Sequence record: SRR22947725_875
DNA: 50,425 bases
Direction: 5' to 3' (one strand)
The translations under genes and the position numbers were made by a program. Below the pieces are notes generated by a model that was not told the DNA's origin, searched no databases, and saw only the letters and a program-made list of their open reading frames with translations. Within the stretch, counting starts at the first letter, position 1. Every line of letters begins with the position of its first letter. Positions 9,722-18,851 of this stretch are shown here, piece by piece.

Positions 9722-10871
9722 TTCAGCAAAAAAAGAAGCATATTTTACTGCTACTCAAATGCAGCTGGTGCGAACACGTTTTTTTGGAAATAGAACAGCT
9801 ATGATAGCTGGTTCTATTTTATTATTTATGATTGTTTGTAGTCTATTTGCAGACTTTTTATCACCTTATGATCCTACAATTGCTGGTCGAGATAAAGAGT
9901 ATGAAAATGGAGCTCCTCAAATACCAATGTTTTGGGATAAAAATGGATTTTCTCCCAGACCTTTTCTACATACTCTGACCAAATACAGAGGTGCCGATAC
10001 TAACTTTAGATGGGTATATAAAATAGATGATGATAAAAGAAGGTATGTTTATTTCTTTGTAAAAGGATGGGAATATAAATCTCTAGATTTTAAAATTAAT
10101 TTACCTGGAAAAAAATTTGATTTTCAATTTCCTGGATTCACTTCTGATCGTCATTTATTTGGAACTAAAGAAGGTGGTATTCATTTATTTGGAACTGATA
10201 AGGCAGGAAAAGATTTATTTAGTAGAACTTTGAGTGCAATTTATATTTCCTTGGCTGTAGGAACATTAGGTGTATTCATATCTTTTGTCTTATCTTTAAT
10301 TATTGGAGGTATTTCAGGATATTATGGTGGATGGATAGATAGTCTGCTCCAAATGTTTACTGATGCGATAAGGACGGTTCCGCCCATACCATTATTTATG
10401 TGTTTGGCCGCGTTTGCACCTCAAGAATGGAGTTCTGAGCTGAGGTTTTTCTTTATATCATGTCTCTTAGGATTAATTTCTTGGCCAACATTAGCTCGAC
10501 GAGTTCGAACACATTTATTAAGTGAAAGAAGTCAAGAATATATTCTTGCAGCGCAAATGTCTGGAGCATCTTCTGCACATATTATAGGGCGTCATCTTTT
10601 ACCAAGCTTTACAAGTTACATAATTGTCGACTTGGTTATCAGCTTTCCTTATATGTTGTTATCTGAAACAGCACTGAGTTTTATTGGCTTAGGATTAAGA
10701 GAGCCAGTTAATTCATTAGGAGTGCTATTACAAAATGCAACTAAAGCTGATGTACTTTTAAATTATCAATGGTATTTTATTCCAGTATTTTTCTTAGTTG
10801 TTTTAATTTTATCTTTTGTTTTTGTTGGAGATGGTCTTCGCGATGCAGCTGATCCTCATAAAAATAAATAA
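9711..10871 (+). CDS. ABC transporter permease (OppC/DppC type)
   Basis: LFGTDKAGKDLFSR, EYILAAQMSGAS..HLLP, ETALSFIGLG, GDGLRDAADP. Confidence 0.92.
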   Translation: MEVSSAKKEAYFTATQMQLVRTRFFGNRTAMIAGSILLFMIVCSLFADFLSPYDPTIAGRDKEYENGAPQIPMFWDKNGFSPRPFLHTLTKYRGADTNFRWVYKIDDDKRRYVYFFVKGWEYKSLDFKINLPGKKFDFQFPGFTSDRHLFGTKEGGIHLFGTDKAGKDLFSRTLSAIYISLAVGTLGVFISFVLSLIIGGISGYYGGWIDSLLQMFTDAIRTVPPIPLFMCLAAFAPQEWSSELRFFFISCLLGLISWPTLARRVRTHLLSERSQEYILAAQMSGASSAHIIGRHLLPSFTSYIIVDLVISFPYMLLSETALSFIGLGLREPVNSLGVLLQNATKADVLLNYQWYFIPVFFLVVLILSFVFVGDGLRDAADPHKNK

Positions 10872-10873
10872 TC

Positions 10874-11854
10874 ATGTCCGCATTACTAGATATTAAAAAT
10901 TTAAATGTTCAATTTGATACAGATGAAGGAAGAATTGTAGCTGTAGAAAATATTTCATTATCTGTAAATGCTGGAGAGGTGTTAGGGGTTGTTGGAGAGT
11001 CGGGATCAGGTAAATCTGTTACTGCAAAATCAATTATGCAGTTAAATCCTGGTAACACTCACTATAATGAAGATGCAGAAATTATTATTGATGGAGAAAA
11101 CACTCTTAAGTTTACCTCCAAAGAAGATTTGAAAAAAATTAGGGGTGGTAAAGTGTCAATGATATTTCAAGAGCCTATGGCTAGTTTTGCCCCAGCAATA
11201 AAAATTGGCGCACAGATGGTAGAACAATTACTTTTACATAAACCAATTGATAAAAAAGAAGCAAAATCGATATCTGTTGATATGTTAAAGAGAGTAGGAA
11301 TAGCTGACGCAGAAAAAAGATTTAATCAATATGCTTTTGAATTATCGGGCGGTATGCGCCAAAGAGCTATGATTGCAATGGCTCTATCTACGATGCCAAA
11401 ATTATTATTAGCTGATGAGCCTACAACTGCTCTTGATGTTACAATACAAGCTCAAGTTATAAATTTAATTAAAGATATTATTAAAGAATATCAAATGGGA
11501 GTTATGTTTATTACTCATGATCTAGGTGTAATTGCACAAACAGCTGATAATGTTGCTGTTATGTATTTAGGAGCTATAGTTGAGAAAGGTCCAGTCAGAG
11601 AGATAATTAAAAATCCAAAGCATCCTTATACAAGAGGTTTGTTAAAAGCGCTGCCAGATATAAACAATTTAGATGCTCCACTTCAGCCAATACCTGGAAG
11701 TATCCCAAGTCCTTTGGAGCGTCCAAGTGGTTGTGTATTCAGAACTCGTTGCCCACATCCTACTCAAGAAGGGAAAGAAGGACGAATTAATATGGGCTTA
11801 ATAGAAGTTAGTCCAGGCCATTGGGTAGACCGATGTGGTGTGAATTGTGGATAG
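10874..11854 (+). CDS. ABC transporter ATP-binding protein (OppD/DppD type)
   Basis: Walker A GESGSGKS, LSGGMRQR, ADEPTTALD, ITHDL, HPYT C-terminal domain. Confidence 0.95.
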   Translation: MSALLDIKNLNVQFDTDEGRIVAVENISLSVNAGEVLGVVGESGSGKSVTAKSIMQLNPGNTHYNEDAEIIIDGENTLKFTSKEDLKKIRGGKVSMIFQEPMASFAPAIKIGAQMVEQLLLHKPIDKKEAKSISVDMLKRVGIADAEKRFNQYAFELSGGMRQRAMIAMALSTMPKLLLADEPTTALDVTIQAQVINLIKDIIKEYQMGVMFITHDLGVIAQTADNVAVMYLGAIVEKGPVREIIKNPKHPYTRGLLKALPDINNLDAPLQPIPGSIPSPLERPSGCVFRTRCPHPTQEGKEGRINMGLIEVSPGHWVDRCGVNCG

Positions 11855-11862
11855 GAAAATTT

Positions 11863-12855
11863 ATGAATGATAATCTTGTTAGTGTAAAAAATGTTTCTGT
11901 TGAGTTTGATTATCAAGAAAATTTTCTATCAAAAAAACAGAAAATCCAAGCCGTAAAAAATGTTAGTTTAGATATTAAGAAAAAATCATTTTTAGGTTTA
12001 GTAGGGGAGTCAGGTTCAGGCAAAACAACATTGGGGAAAGCAATATTAGGGGCTAATAAAATTAGTTCTGGACAAGTAATTTTTCATGATGAACATACAG
12101 ACTACGATCTTGCTAATATCAATAAAAAAGAATTAAAAGAGTATAGAAAAAAAGCGCAATTAATATTTCAAGATCCATATGCAGCTTTAAGCCCTAGAAT
12201 GACAGTTAGAGATATTATAGCGGAACCTTTAGAGGTTATGAAAATAACAAAATCTCGTGAAGAAACTGATGAACGAGTAAGAGATATCGCTTCAAAATGT
12301 CGACTAAATCTAGAGCATTTGAGAAGGTACCCTCATGCTTTTTCAGGAGGACAACGTCAAAGAATTTCTATTGCTAGATCACTTGTAAGTTATCCTAAAT
12401 TTATAGTTGCTGATGAGAGTGTTGCCGCTTTAGATGTATCAATTCAGGCTGATATTTTAAATCTATTAAAATCTCTACAAAAAGATTTGGACCTAACTTA
12501 TTTATTTATTAGTCATGATTTAAGTGTTGTTGCGCATACATGTGATGAAGTGGCTGTTATGTATCTCGGGCATATCGTTGAGCAAGCACCATCTAGGGAG
12601 CTTTTTACCAACCCTCGTCATCCATACACAAAAGCACTTTTATCTTCTATTCCTGCTATTGATCCTGATGATCAAAAAAAAGCAATAGAATTAACAGGAG
12701 AAATACCTAGCGCAATGAATCCACCTTCAGGATGTGTCTTTCGAACAAGGTGCCCACATGCTTCACCAGACGGGAAGGAGGCAGGCATCAAAATGGGTTT
12801 AGTAGAAGTTTCACCAGGACATTGGGTAGATCAATGCGGTGTTAATTGTGGGTGA
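11863..12855 (+). CDS. ABC transporter ATP-binding protein (OppF/DppF type)
   Basis: GESGSGKT, FSGGQRQR, ISHDL, HPYT; start moved to ATG 11863, downstream of AGGA and of the previous stop. Confidence 0.93.
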   Translation: MNDNLVSVKNVSVEFDYQENFLSKKQKIQAVKNVSLDIKKKSFLGLVGESGSGKTTLGKAILGANKISSGQVIFHDEHTDYDLANINKKELKEYRKKAQLIFQDPYAALSPRMTVRDIIAEPLEVMKITKSREETDERVRDIASKCRLNLEHLRRYPHAFSGGQRQRISIARSLVSYPKFIVADESVAALDVSIQADILNLLKSLQKDLDLTYLFISHDLSVVAHTCDEVAVMYLGHIVEQAPSRELFTNPRHPYTKALLSSIPAIDPDDQKKAIELTGEIPSAMNPPSGCVFRTRCPHASPDGKEAGIKMGLVEVSPGHWVDQCGVNCG

Positions 12856-13751
12856 AAAATAATCTATTTTTAGCAGTTGTTCTTTCCTTATCTGGGTTAT
12901 TTTTATTAGATTGTATGGGTATTGCCATAAAATACCTTAGAGAAGATTATCCAGCGGCACAATTATCAGTTTTTAGAAATCTGTTTGGAATGATACCGTG
13001 TTTTATTGTTTTATATTTTTCTAAAGACTGGCATGCTAATGGAAGGAAAATAGTAATTAAAAGATGGCGTTTTGGTCTAGCTAGAGGTCTAATTATGTCT
13101 TTTGCACAACTATGTTTATATACTTCTTATCTCTATTTACCTTATGCTTTGGTTGCAACTATGGAGTACACAGGGCCTATGATGATTACGTTATTGGCAA
13201 TACCTCTACTTGGTGAAAAATTTGGATGGTATAAATCTTTAGCCGTATTAACAGGTTTCATAGGTATAATATTTATTATGCAACCTTGGTCTGAAAGCTT
13301 TAATTTTTATATGTTACTTCCTGTAATGGCTGCCTTTGGTTATTCTCTTGCGAGAGTAACAGCTTTAAATTTTTCAAATGATACTCCTGTGCCATTAATA
13401 AATCTTTACGCTAATATAGGAACTTTAATTTGCGCAATACTCTTAGTTATTACATTTAATATGTGGGAAAATTTTAAAAGTTTATATGATTTACTTATAT
13501 TATTTATAATGGGTATAGCAGGTGGTTCAGGGGTATTGTTATTAATTTATGGTTCGAGAAAAGCAGAACTTAGTAAAATTATGCCCTTTGATTATATTGA
13601 AATATTTTTTGCTTTAATTTTAGGGTGGGTATTCTTTAGAGAGTGGCCAGTAGATCAATTATTCCCAGGTGCTTTATTTATAGTCGCTGGGGGAATCATA
13701 ATATATTTACGTCAAATGAATTCTTTAGAAACTAGAGATAGAAAAGTATAA
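12852..13751 (+). CDS. DMT/EamA family transporter
   Basis: About 10 TM helices, LLGEK motif; GTG start overlaps the upstream TGA (GTGA). Confidence 0.85.
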   Translation: MKNNLFLAVVLSLSGLFLLDCMGIAIKYLREDYPAAQLSVFRNLFGMIPCFIVLYFSKDWHANGRKIVIKRWRFGLARGLIMSFAQLCLYTSYLYLPYALVATMEYTGPMMITLLAIPLLGEKFGWYKSLAVLTGFIGIIFIMQPWSESFNFYMLLPVMAAFGYSLARVTALNFSNDTPVPLINLYANIGTLICAILLVITFNMWENFKSLYDLLILFIMGIAGGSGVLLLIYGSRKAELSKIMPFDYIEIFFALILGWVFFREWPVDQLFPGALFIVAGGIIIYLRQMNSLETRDRKV

Positions 13752-14800
13752 TGAAAATTAAAAGAGAAAAAGTAGATAACCCAACTCAACTAAATATAGA
13801 GTCAATTGAAATACATAATGACAATAATTTTAGTTTTAAATTTTATACTTATGGTGGTTACATTCATGAAGTCAAAATACCTTTAAATAATCAAGAAGAT
13901 AAAACAGAAGATGTTTTATTAGGCTACGGAAATATTGATGGAGTTTTAGAGTCTCATGGGTATTTTAATTCTATAGTTGGAAGAGTTGCCAATAGAATAA
14001 GGTCTTCAAAGTTTAATATAGACGATAATGAATATCAACTTTACTCTAATGTTGCTCCCAATCATTTACATGGAGGTAAAGTAGGTTTTAATAAAAAAAT
14101 ATGGAAGATAGAAAATATTGATGAAACAAAAAACTCTATCAAATGTATAATGAAATATTTTTCTCAAGATATGGAAGAAAATTATCCCGGCAATCTTAAT
14201 TGCACTGTTAGCTACGAATTAAATAATAACAATGAACTCTTAATAGATTTTAAGGCAACAACTGATAAAGACACAATTGTAAATATGACTAATCATAATT
14301 ATTGGAATTTTCATGGACATGGAGATCATTATCAAAACAATGAAGATCACATTGTATCGATCAATTCAAAATCAATATGTGAAACAGATGAGCAATCTAT
14401 TCCAACTGGTAAAATTACAAATGTTATGGGGTCAAAATTTGATTTGCAAAAAGATTTTTTAATAAATAAAGATTTTCTCAGCTCTGGTGGTATTGATCAT
14501 AATTATGTTGTAAATGATCAGTCAATGAAAGAATCTGTAGCTAAAATTTATAGCAAAAAAACTGGTTTAGGTGTTGAGTATTTTACAAACCAAAATGGCA
14601 TTCAATTTTATACGGGGAATATGATGTTAAATAAATATATTGGAAAGCACAATAAGTCATATGGCTTGCAACACGGTATGTGTTTAGAGCCTCAGCAATA
14701 TCCAGATGCTATTAATCATCCTAATTTTCCTTCTCCAATTCTTAGAAAAAATAAAAATTATTTATCAAAAATAAAAATTAAATTACGTAACAATTTTTAA
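13751..14800 (+). CDS. galM: Aldose 1-epimerase (mutarotase)
   Basis: GRVANRI, NHLHGG, YPG, NMTNHNYWN, IDHNY, QFYTGN, CLEPQ. Confidence 0.92.
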   Translation: MKIKREKVDNPTQLNIESIEIHNDNNFSFKFYTYGGYIHEVKIPLNNQEDKTEDVLLGYGNIDGVLESHGYFNSIVGRVANRIRSSKFNIDDNEYQLYSNVAPNHLHGGKVGFNKKIWKIENIDETKNSIKCIMKYFSQDMEENYPGNLNCTVSYELNNNNELLIDFKATTDKDTIVNMTNHNYWNFHGHGDHYQNNEDHIVSINSKSICETDEQSIPTGKITNVMGSKFDLQKDFLINKDFLSSGGIDHNYVVNDQSMKESVAKIYSKKTGLGVEYFTNQNGIQFYTGNMMLNKYIGKHNKSYGLQHGMCLEPQQYPDAINHPNFPSPILRKNKNYLSKIKIKLRNNF

Positions 14801-14849
14801 AAAAATAAAATCTTGTTTTATTGTTTTGATGTATTATTAAAGATTTTCT

Positions 14850-15347
14850 ATGAAAATTAGCCAAAAAATAATTACGAATTTAAAATCAGGTGGTGCTGAC
14901 TTTTTTTTGAGTGTTCCATGTAAATTATTGGCGAATATGATTACGATTTTAGAAAATGATAAAGATATTTATTATTCAGCAATTCCAAGAGAAGAAGAAG
15001 GAATGGGAATTTGTGCTGGAGCCTATTTAGGTAATAAACTTCCATGTATTATGATGCAAAATACAGGTATTGGTAATTCAGTAAACTCCATAGTTTCTCT
15101 ACTTCAGTTATATCAAATGCCAGTTGTTTTTCTTATTAGCTACAGAGGTACACCTGGAGAGCCTGTAGGTGCACAAGGTGGCATGGCAAGTGTAACTGAA
15201 GATATTCTAAATACACTCCGAATACCAATGTTGCATTGTAACACTGAAGAAGATCTTGATAAAATTTCTACTTTTACTAATCATGCGAAAGTAATTGAAA
15301 GTCCAGTGGCTGTGTTATGTAATTTTAATATAATGAAAGAAGATTAA
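14850..15347 (+). CDS. comD: Sulfopyruvate decarboxylase alpha subunit
   Basis: SVPC, REEEGMGICAGAYLG, MQNTGIGNSVN, ISYRG..GE; ThDP PYR domain of ComD size. Confidence 0.85.
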   Translation: MKISQKIITNLKSGGADFFLSVPCKLLANMITILENDKDIYYSAIPREEEGMGICAGAYLGNKLPCIMMQNTGIGNSVNSIVSLLQLYQMPVVFLISYRGTPGEPVGAQGGMASVTEDILNTLRIPMLHCNTEEDLDKISTFTNHAKVIESPVAVLCNFNIMKED

Positions 15348-15919
15348 TGATGAATAGATTTGAATTATTAAATCTCTTACAAGATACCATCCAAGAAGAG
15401 CTTGTTGTTTGTAATATTGGTCTTCCATCTCAAGAATTATATAAAATTAACGACCGTCCTAATTATTTTTATATGTTAGGCAGTATGGGTTTAGCTTCTT
15501 CAATTGGTCTAGGTCTTTCTTTAGCGATAGATAAAAATGTTATTAGCATTGATGGAGATGGCTCAGTTTTAATGAATATGAACACACTTGCAACGATTGG
15601 TAATAGGGCACCTTCAAACTATACTCTTTTAATAGTTGATAATGGGTCTTATGGATCAACAGGAGATCAAAAAACTTTTACAAATGAACGAACATCTTTA
15701 AAGGATGTCGCTATAGGAGCTGGTTGTCCTAATGTAATCGAATGCTCTGGAGAAGAAACTAATGAAAATTTACAAAAAGCTCTAGATGATAAAAACAATT
15801 CATATGTTATTATTTCAAAAATAACGTCAGGGAATGTCCCAATAAAACCAATACCTCTTAACGCTGTAACAATAAGAGATCGATTTAGGAAAGAAATAGG
15901 TTTAGTTACTTATCTTTAG
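15347..15919 (+). CDS. comE: Sulfopyruvate decarboxylase beta subunit
   Basis: NIGLPSQELY..DRP.YFYMLGSMGLASSIGLG, GDGS ThDP motif, DNGSYGSTGDQKT; 1-nt overlap with comD. Confidence 0.85.
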   Translation: MMNRFELLNLLQDTIQEELVVCNIGLPSQELYKINDRPNYFYMLGSMGLASSIGLGLSLAIDKNVISIDGDGSVLMNMNTLATIGNRAPSNYTLLIVDNGSYGSTGDQKTFTNERTSLKDVAIGAGCPNVIECSGEETNENLQKALDDKNNSYVIISKITSGNVPIKPIPLNAVTIRDRFRKEIGLVTYL

Positions 15920-15934
15920 TTTTTATAAGGCACT

Positions 15935-16840
15935 ATGATTTATTCAGTAGGTTCAATTTTTCTTGATCATATAATTAAAATTAATTCTTTTCCAAAAAAA
16001 CCAATTAAAGTACTTGCCGAAGGAATTGAAAAAAGACTTGGTGGATCTGCAGCAGTTGCTAGTTTTACTATAAAAAAACTCGGAATAGACTCATCTTTTA
16101 TTGGTAGGTTAGGTGATGATGATGTTTCTAAGTATCTAAAAGAGGAGTTGAATACTTTTAAAATTAAACACAAAGATATTATTACTATTAAGGGCGCTAA
16201 ATCATCCCAGAGTTATGTTTATGAAGATAAGAATGGAGAAAGACTTCTCGCGGCCTTTAATGAAAAAAAATTACTAAATAGTAAAAAATTGCCAAAAATT
16301 TCCTTTGCAAACAATACAACTTTTATGAGCGATTTACGATGGATTGAAGCAACTCTTTATATTGCTAAAAATTGTAAAAAAAATAATTTAATTCAGGTTG
16401 TTGATTTAGATAATTATAAGTTAAACACTAAAATAAAACAAATTGTTGATCTATCTTCTTTTCCGATCTTTTCAGAGACTGGAGCATTTGAGTATACTAA
16501 AATTAAATCGATTATTGGTTCGTTAAAAAAAATGTACTCTAAAAAAAATAAGTTTTATGCCATAACTGCTGGTGAAAAAGGAGTTTATTGGATTGAAAAT
16601 GGAAATATTTTTAACTGCAAGCCTCCTAAAATAAAAGTTGTTGAAACTAATTGTGCTGGAGATGTTTTTCATGGTGCGTTTGCAGCTTTTATTCATCAAA
16701 AACATTCTGTGATGGATACAATGAAATTAGCGACTGCTACCGCTTCATTAAAATGTACAAAAAAGGGAGGTATTTACTCCATACCTTCTTACTCATCTGT
16801 TAAAAAATTTGAAAACAAAATTCAATTAAGAAAAATATAA
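15935..16840 (+). CDS. PfkB-family sugar kinase, sulfofructose kinase (YihV)-like
   Basis: GGSAA, FIGRLGDD, AKSSQS, GER, DLRW, AGDVFHGA, LKCT..GG parallel E. coli YihV as recalled. Confidence 0.75.
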   Translation: MIYSVGSIFLDHIIKINSFPKKPIKVLAEGIEKRLGGSAAVASFTIKKLGIDSSFIGRLGDDDVSKYLKEELNTFKIKHKDIITIKGAKSSQSYVYEDKNGERLLAAFNEKKLLNSKKLPKISFANNTTFMSDLRWIEATLYIAKNCKKNNLIQVVDLDNYKLNTKIKQIVDLSSFPIFSETGAFEYTKIKSIIGSLKKMYSKKNKFYAITAGEKGVYWIENGNIFNCKPPKIKVVETNCAGDVFHGAFAAFIHQKHSVMDTMKLATATASLKCTKKGGIYSIPSYSSVKKFENKIQLRKI

Positions 16841-16844
16841 TTTT

Positions 16845-17768
16845 ATGAAAATACTAATTACAGAATTTATGGAAGATAAAAGTGTAGAAATGCTAAACAG
16901 GAATTTTGATGTTACAGTTGATAAAAGCTTATCCTTAAATCATAACGAGTTAAAAAAAATAATTAGTAATTTCGATATTTTAATTGTTAGGAATAAAACA
17001 CAGGTTAATAAAGAAATATTAGAAAATGCATCAAGCTTAAAATTTATTGGACGCTTAGGGGTTGGTTTAGATAATATTGATACTGAGTATTGTAGAAATA
17101 ATAATATTCATGTTCAGCCAGCAACAGGTATGAATGCAGACTCCGTTGCAGAATATGTGATTAATTGTTCGCTATCTTTGTTAAAAAATATTCCTTTAAT
17201 GCATCAAGAAACTTCTCTTGGAAATTGGCCTAGAACTTCAATTTCTTCAAGAGAATTAAATGGTAAGATATTTGGCTTAATGGGTTTTGGTTTAATTGCT
17301 AAAAAAGTTAGCACTCTGGCTAAAATATTTAATGCTCACATAATTGCTTATGACCCATTTATTGATTCAAATATTGCAAATGAATTTAATATTAAATTAG
17401 TTGATATAAATGAGATCTTCGAACAGGCCAATGTTATTTCTATTCATTTACCTTTAACACCAACAACTCAAAACTTATTAAACTATGATGCTTTTATAAA
17501 AATGCAAAAGCAACCAATTATTATTAATTCCTCCAGAGGGTCTATAATTAATGAAGACGACTTATTGAAAGCTTATGATGAAAAACTAATTTCTGGCTTT
17601 GCTTTAGATGTTTATGAAACTGAGCCAGCACCAAAATTTTTTTTAGATAGTATAAAGAATAATACTAATTGTATTCTTACTCCTCATATTGCTGGAGTTA
17701 CAGAAGAGTCAAATATTAGAGTAAGTGATTTTATTGCAAATTCAGTAAAAGAATTTTTTAAATTATAG
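16845..17768 (+). CDS. slcC: D-2-hydroxyacid dehydrogenase, (S)-sulfolactate dehydrogenase-like
   Basis: ILITEFM, LIVRNKTQV, GRLGVGLDNID, PATG.N..SVAEYV, WPR, TPHIAGVTEESN match SlcC as recalled; clustered with comDE. Confidence 0.72.
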   Translation: MKILITEFMEDKSVEMLNRNFDVTVDKSLSLNHNELKKIISNFDILIVRNKTQVNKEILENASSLKFIGRLGVGLDNIDTEYCRNNNIHVQPATGMNADSVAEYVINCSLSLLKNIPLMHQETSLGNWPRTSISSRELNGKIFGLMGFGLIAKKVSTLAKIFNAHIIAYDPFIDSNIANEFNIKLVDINEIFEQANVISIHLPLTPTTQNLLNYDAFIKMQKQPIIINSSRGSIINEDDLLKAYDEKLISGFALDVYETEPAPKFFLDSIKNNTNCILTPHIAGVTEESNIRVSDFIANSVKEFFKL

Positions 17769-18851
17769 TTTAAACTCTTTCATAAATACAACTCGGTTTT
17801 CTTTTATGGAATATTCAGCTGCTTCACCTATAGCTACTGACATTAGTCCATCTTTTAAAGATACTTCTGGTTTTTTATTTTTTTGAATAGTATCAATAAA
17901 AGCTAAATGTTCAAAATATGTTGATCCATGATGATGTCCTGCGGCTAATATTTCTTTATCAACTTTGACTTTACTTGAATGAGTGATATTATTTTCTCTG
18001 AGGCTAATTTTAACTTCTGATGAGTCCTTTCCTGAAGCACTAGAGGGAACAAATGTTTCTATCTTCCCTTTATCTCCAACAGCAACTATTTCTTCTTGAT
18101 ATTCAGAATTTTCTGCAAACATACATAAATCAAGCATTCCTCGCACACCATTTTCAAAGTCTACTATAACAAATGCATTATCAATAATATCTGGAGTCTT
18201 GCCGTCATATAGTTCTTCTAGATGGTTAACATCCTGATTTCCACTAGCATAAACTTTAGTCGGTTCACTTTGAATAACCAGTCTCATAAGATCAAAAAAG
18301 TGACAACATTTTTCAACTAATGTTCCCCCAGTATTAACTGCAAATCTATTCCAATCATTCACTTTATGTAAAAAAGGAAATCGATGTTCGCGAATAGAAA
18401 GCATTTTTATTTTTCCAATTATACTATTATGAACTTCTTTAATTAATTGCTTTACTGGAGGCATGTATCTGTACTCCATTCCAGTCCAGATTATCTTAGA
18501 ATAATCCTTCGCAAGTAACTCAAATTTTTTACAATCTTCTGTTGTTGTACATAAAGGTTTTTCTATTAATAAATGTTTATTAGTTTTTAAAATGCGCTCT
18601 AATATATTGATGTGTGTAAAATTTGGTGTCGCAATAATATATGCATCTGCAATATTTTTATTTATTAATTCATCTAAATCATTGTAAAATTTTGTAGAGT
18701 TCTTCACTAATGATTTTGATTCGTTTCTTGAATTCTCATTAGTATCACAAATTGCTACAACTTCTGCATTCGCAATTATATTAATATTCTTAATATGTTC
18801 CTGGCCCATAACACCGGTTCCTATAATTCCATATTTTATTGTATTAGTCAT
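17763..18851 (-). CDS. Gfo/Idh/MocA oxidoreductase, probable NAD+-dependent sulfoquinovosidase (SqgA/GH188-like)
   Basis: GIIGTGVMG Rossmann, EKP, EYRY, REHRFPFLHKV..WNRF, GGTLVEKCCHFFDL, GHHHGS. Confidence 0.7.
   Translation of the reverse strand: MTNTIKYGIIGTGVMGQEHIKNINIIANAEVVAICDTNENSRNESKSLVKNSTKFYNDLDELINKNIADAYIIATPNFTHINILERILKTNKHLLIEKPLCTTTEDCKKFELLAKDYSKIIWTGMEYRYMPPVKQLIKEVHNSIIGKIKMLSIREHRFPFLHKVNDWNRFAVNTGGTLVEKCCHFFDLMRLVIQSEPTKVYASGNQDVNHLEELYDGKTPDIIDNAFVIVDFENGVRGMLDLCMFAENSEYQEEIVAVGDKGKIETFVPSSASGKDSSEVKISLRENNITHSSKVKVDKEILAAGHHHGSTYFEHLAFIDTIQKNKKPEVSLKDGLMSVAIGEAAEYSIKENRVVFMKEFKL

Noticed and set aside
10151-10196. 16-bp direct repeat TCATTTATTTGGAACT (HLFGT..HLFGT) in the permease
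   Set aside because: In frame, only two copies, and fits the usual HLFG...LGTD region of this permease type; no sign of an insertion or array
11821-11862. Longer N-terminus for the second ATPase (also 12846 and 23645 starts)
   Set aside because: Would overlap upstream genes with non-conserved residues; downstream ATG/GTG starts fit coupling better
14850-15919. ComDE as coenzyme M biosynthesis or phosphonopyruvate decarboxylase
   Set aside because: No comA/comB/comC or pepM nearby; SlcC-like and sulfoglycolysis-like neighbours favour sulfonate catabolism
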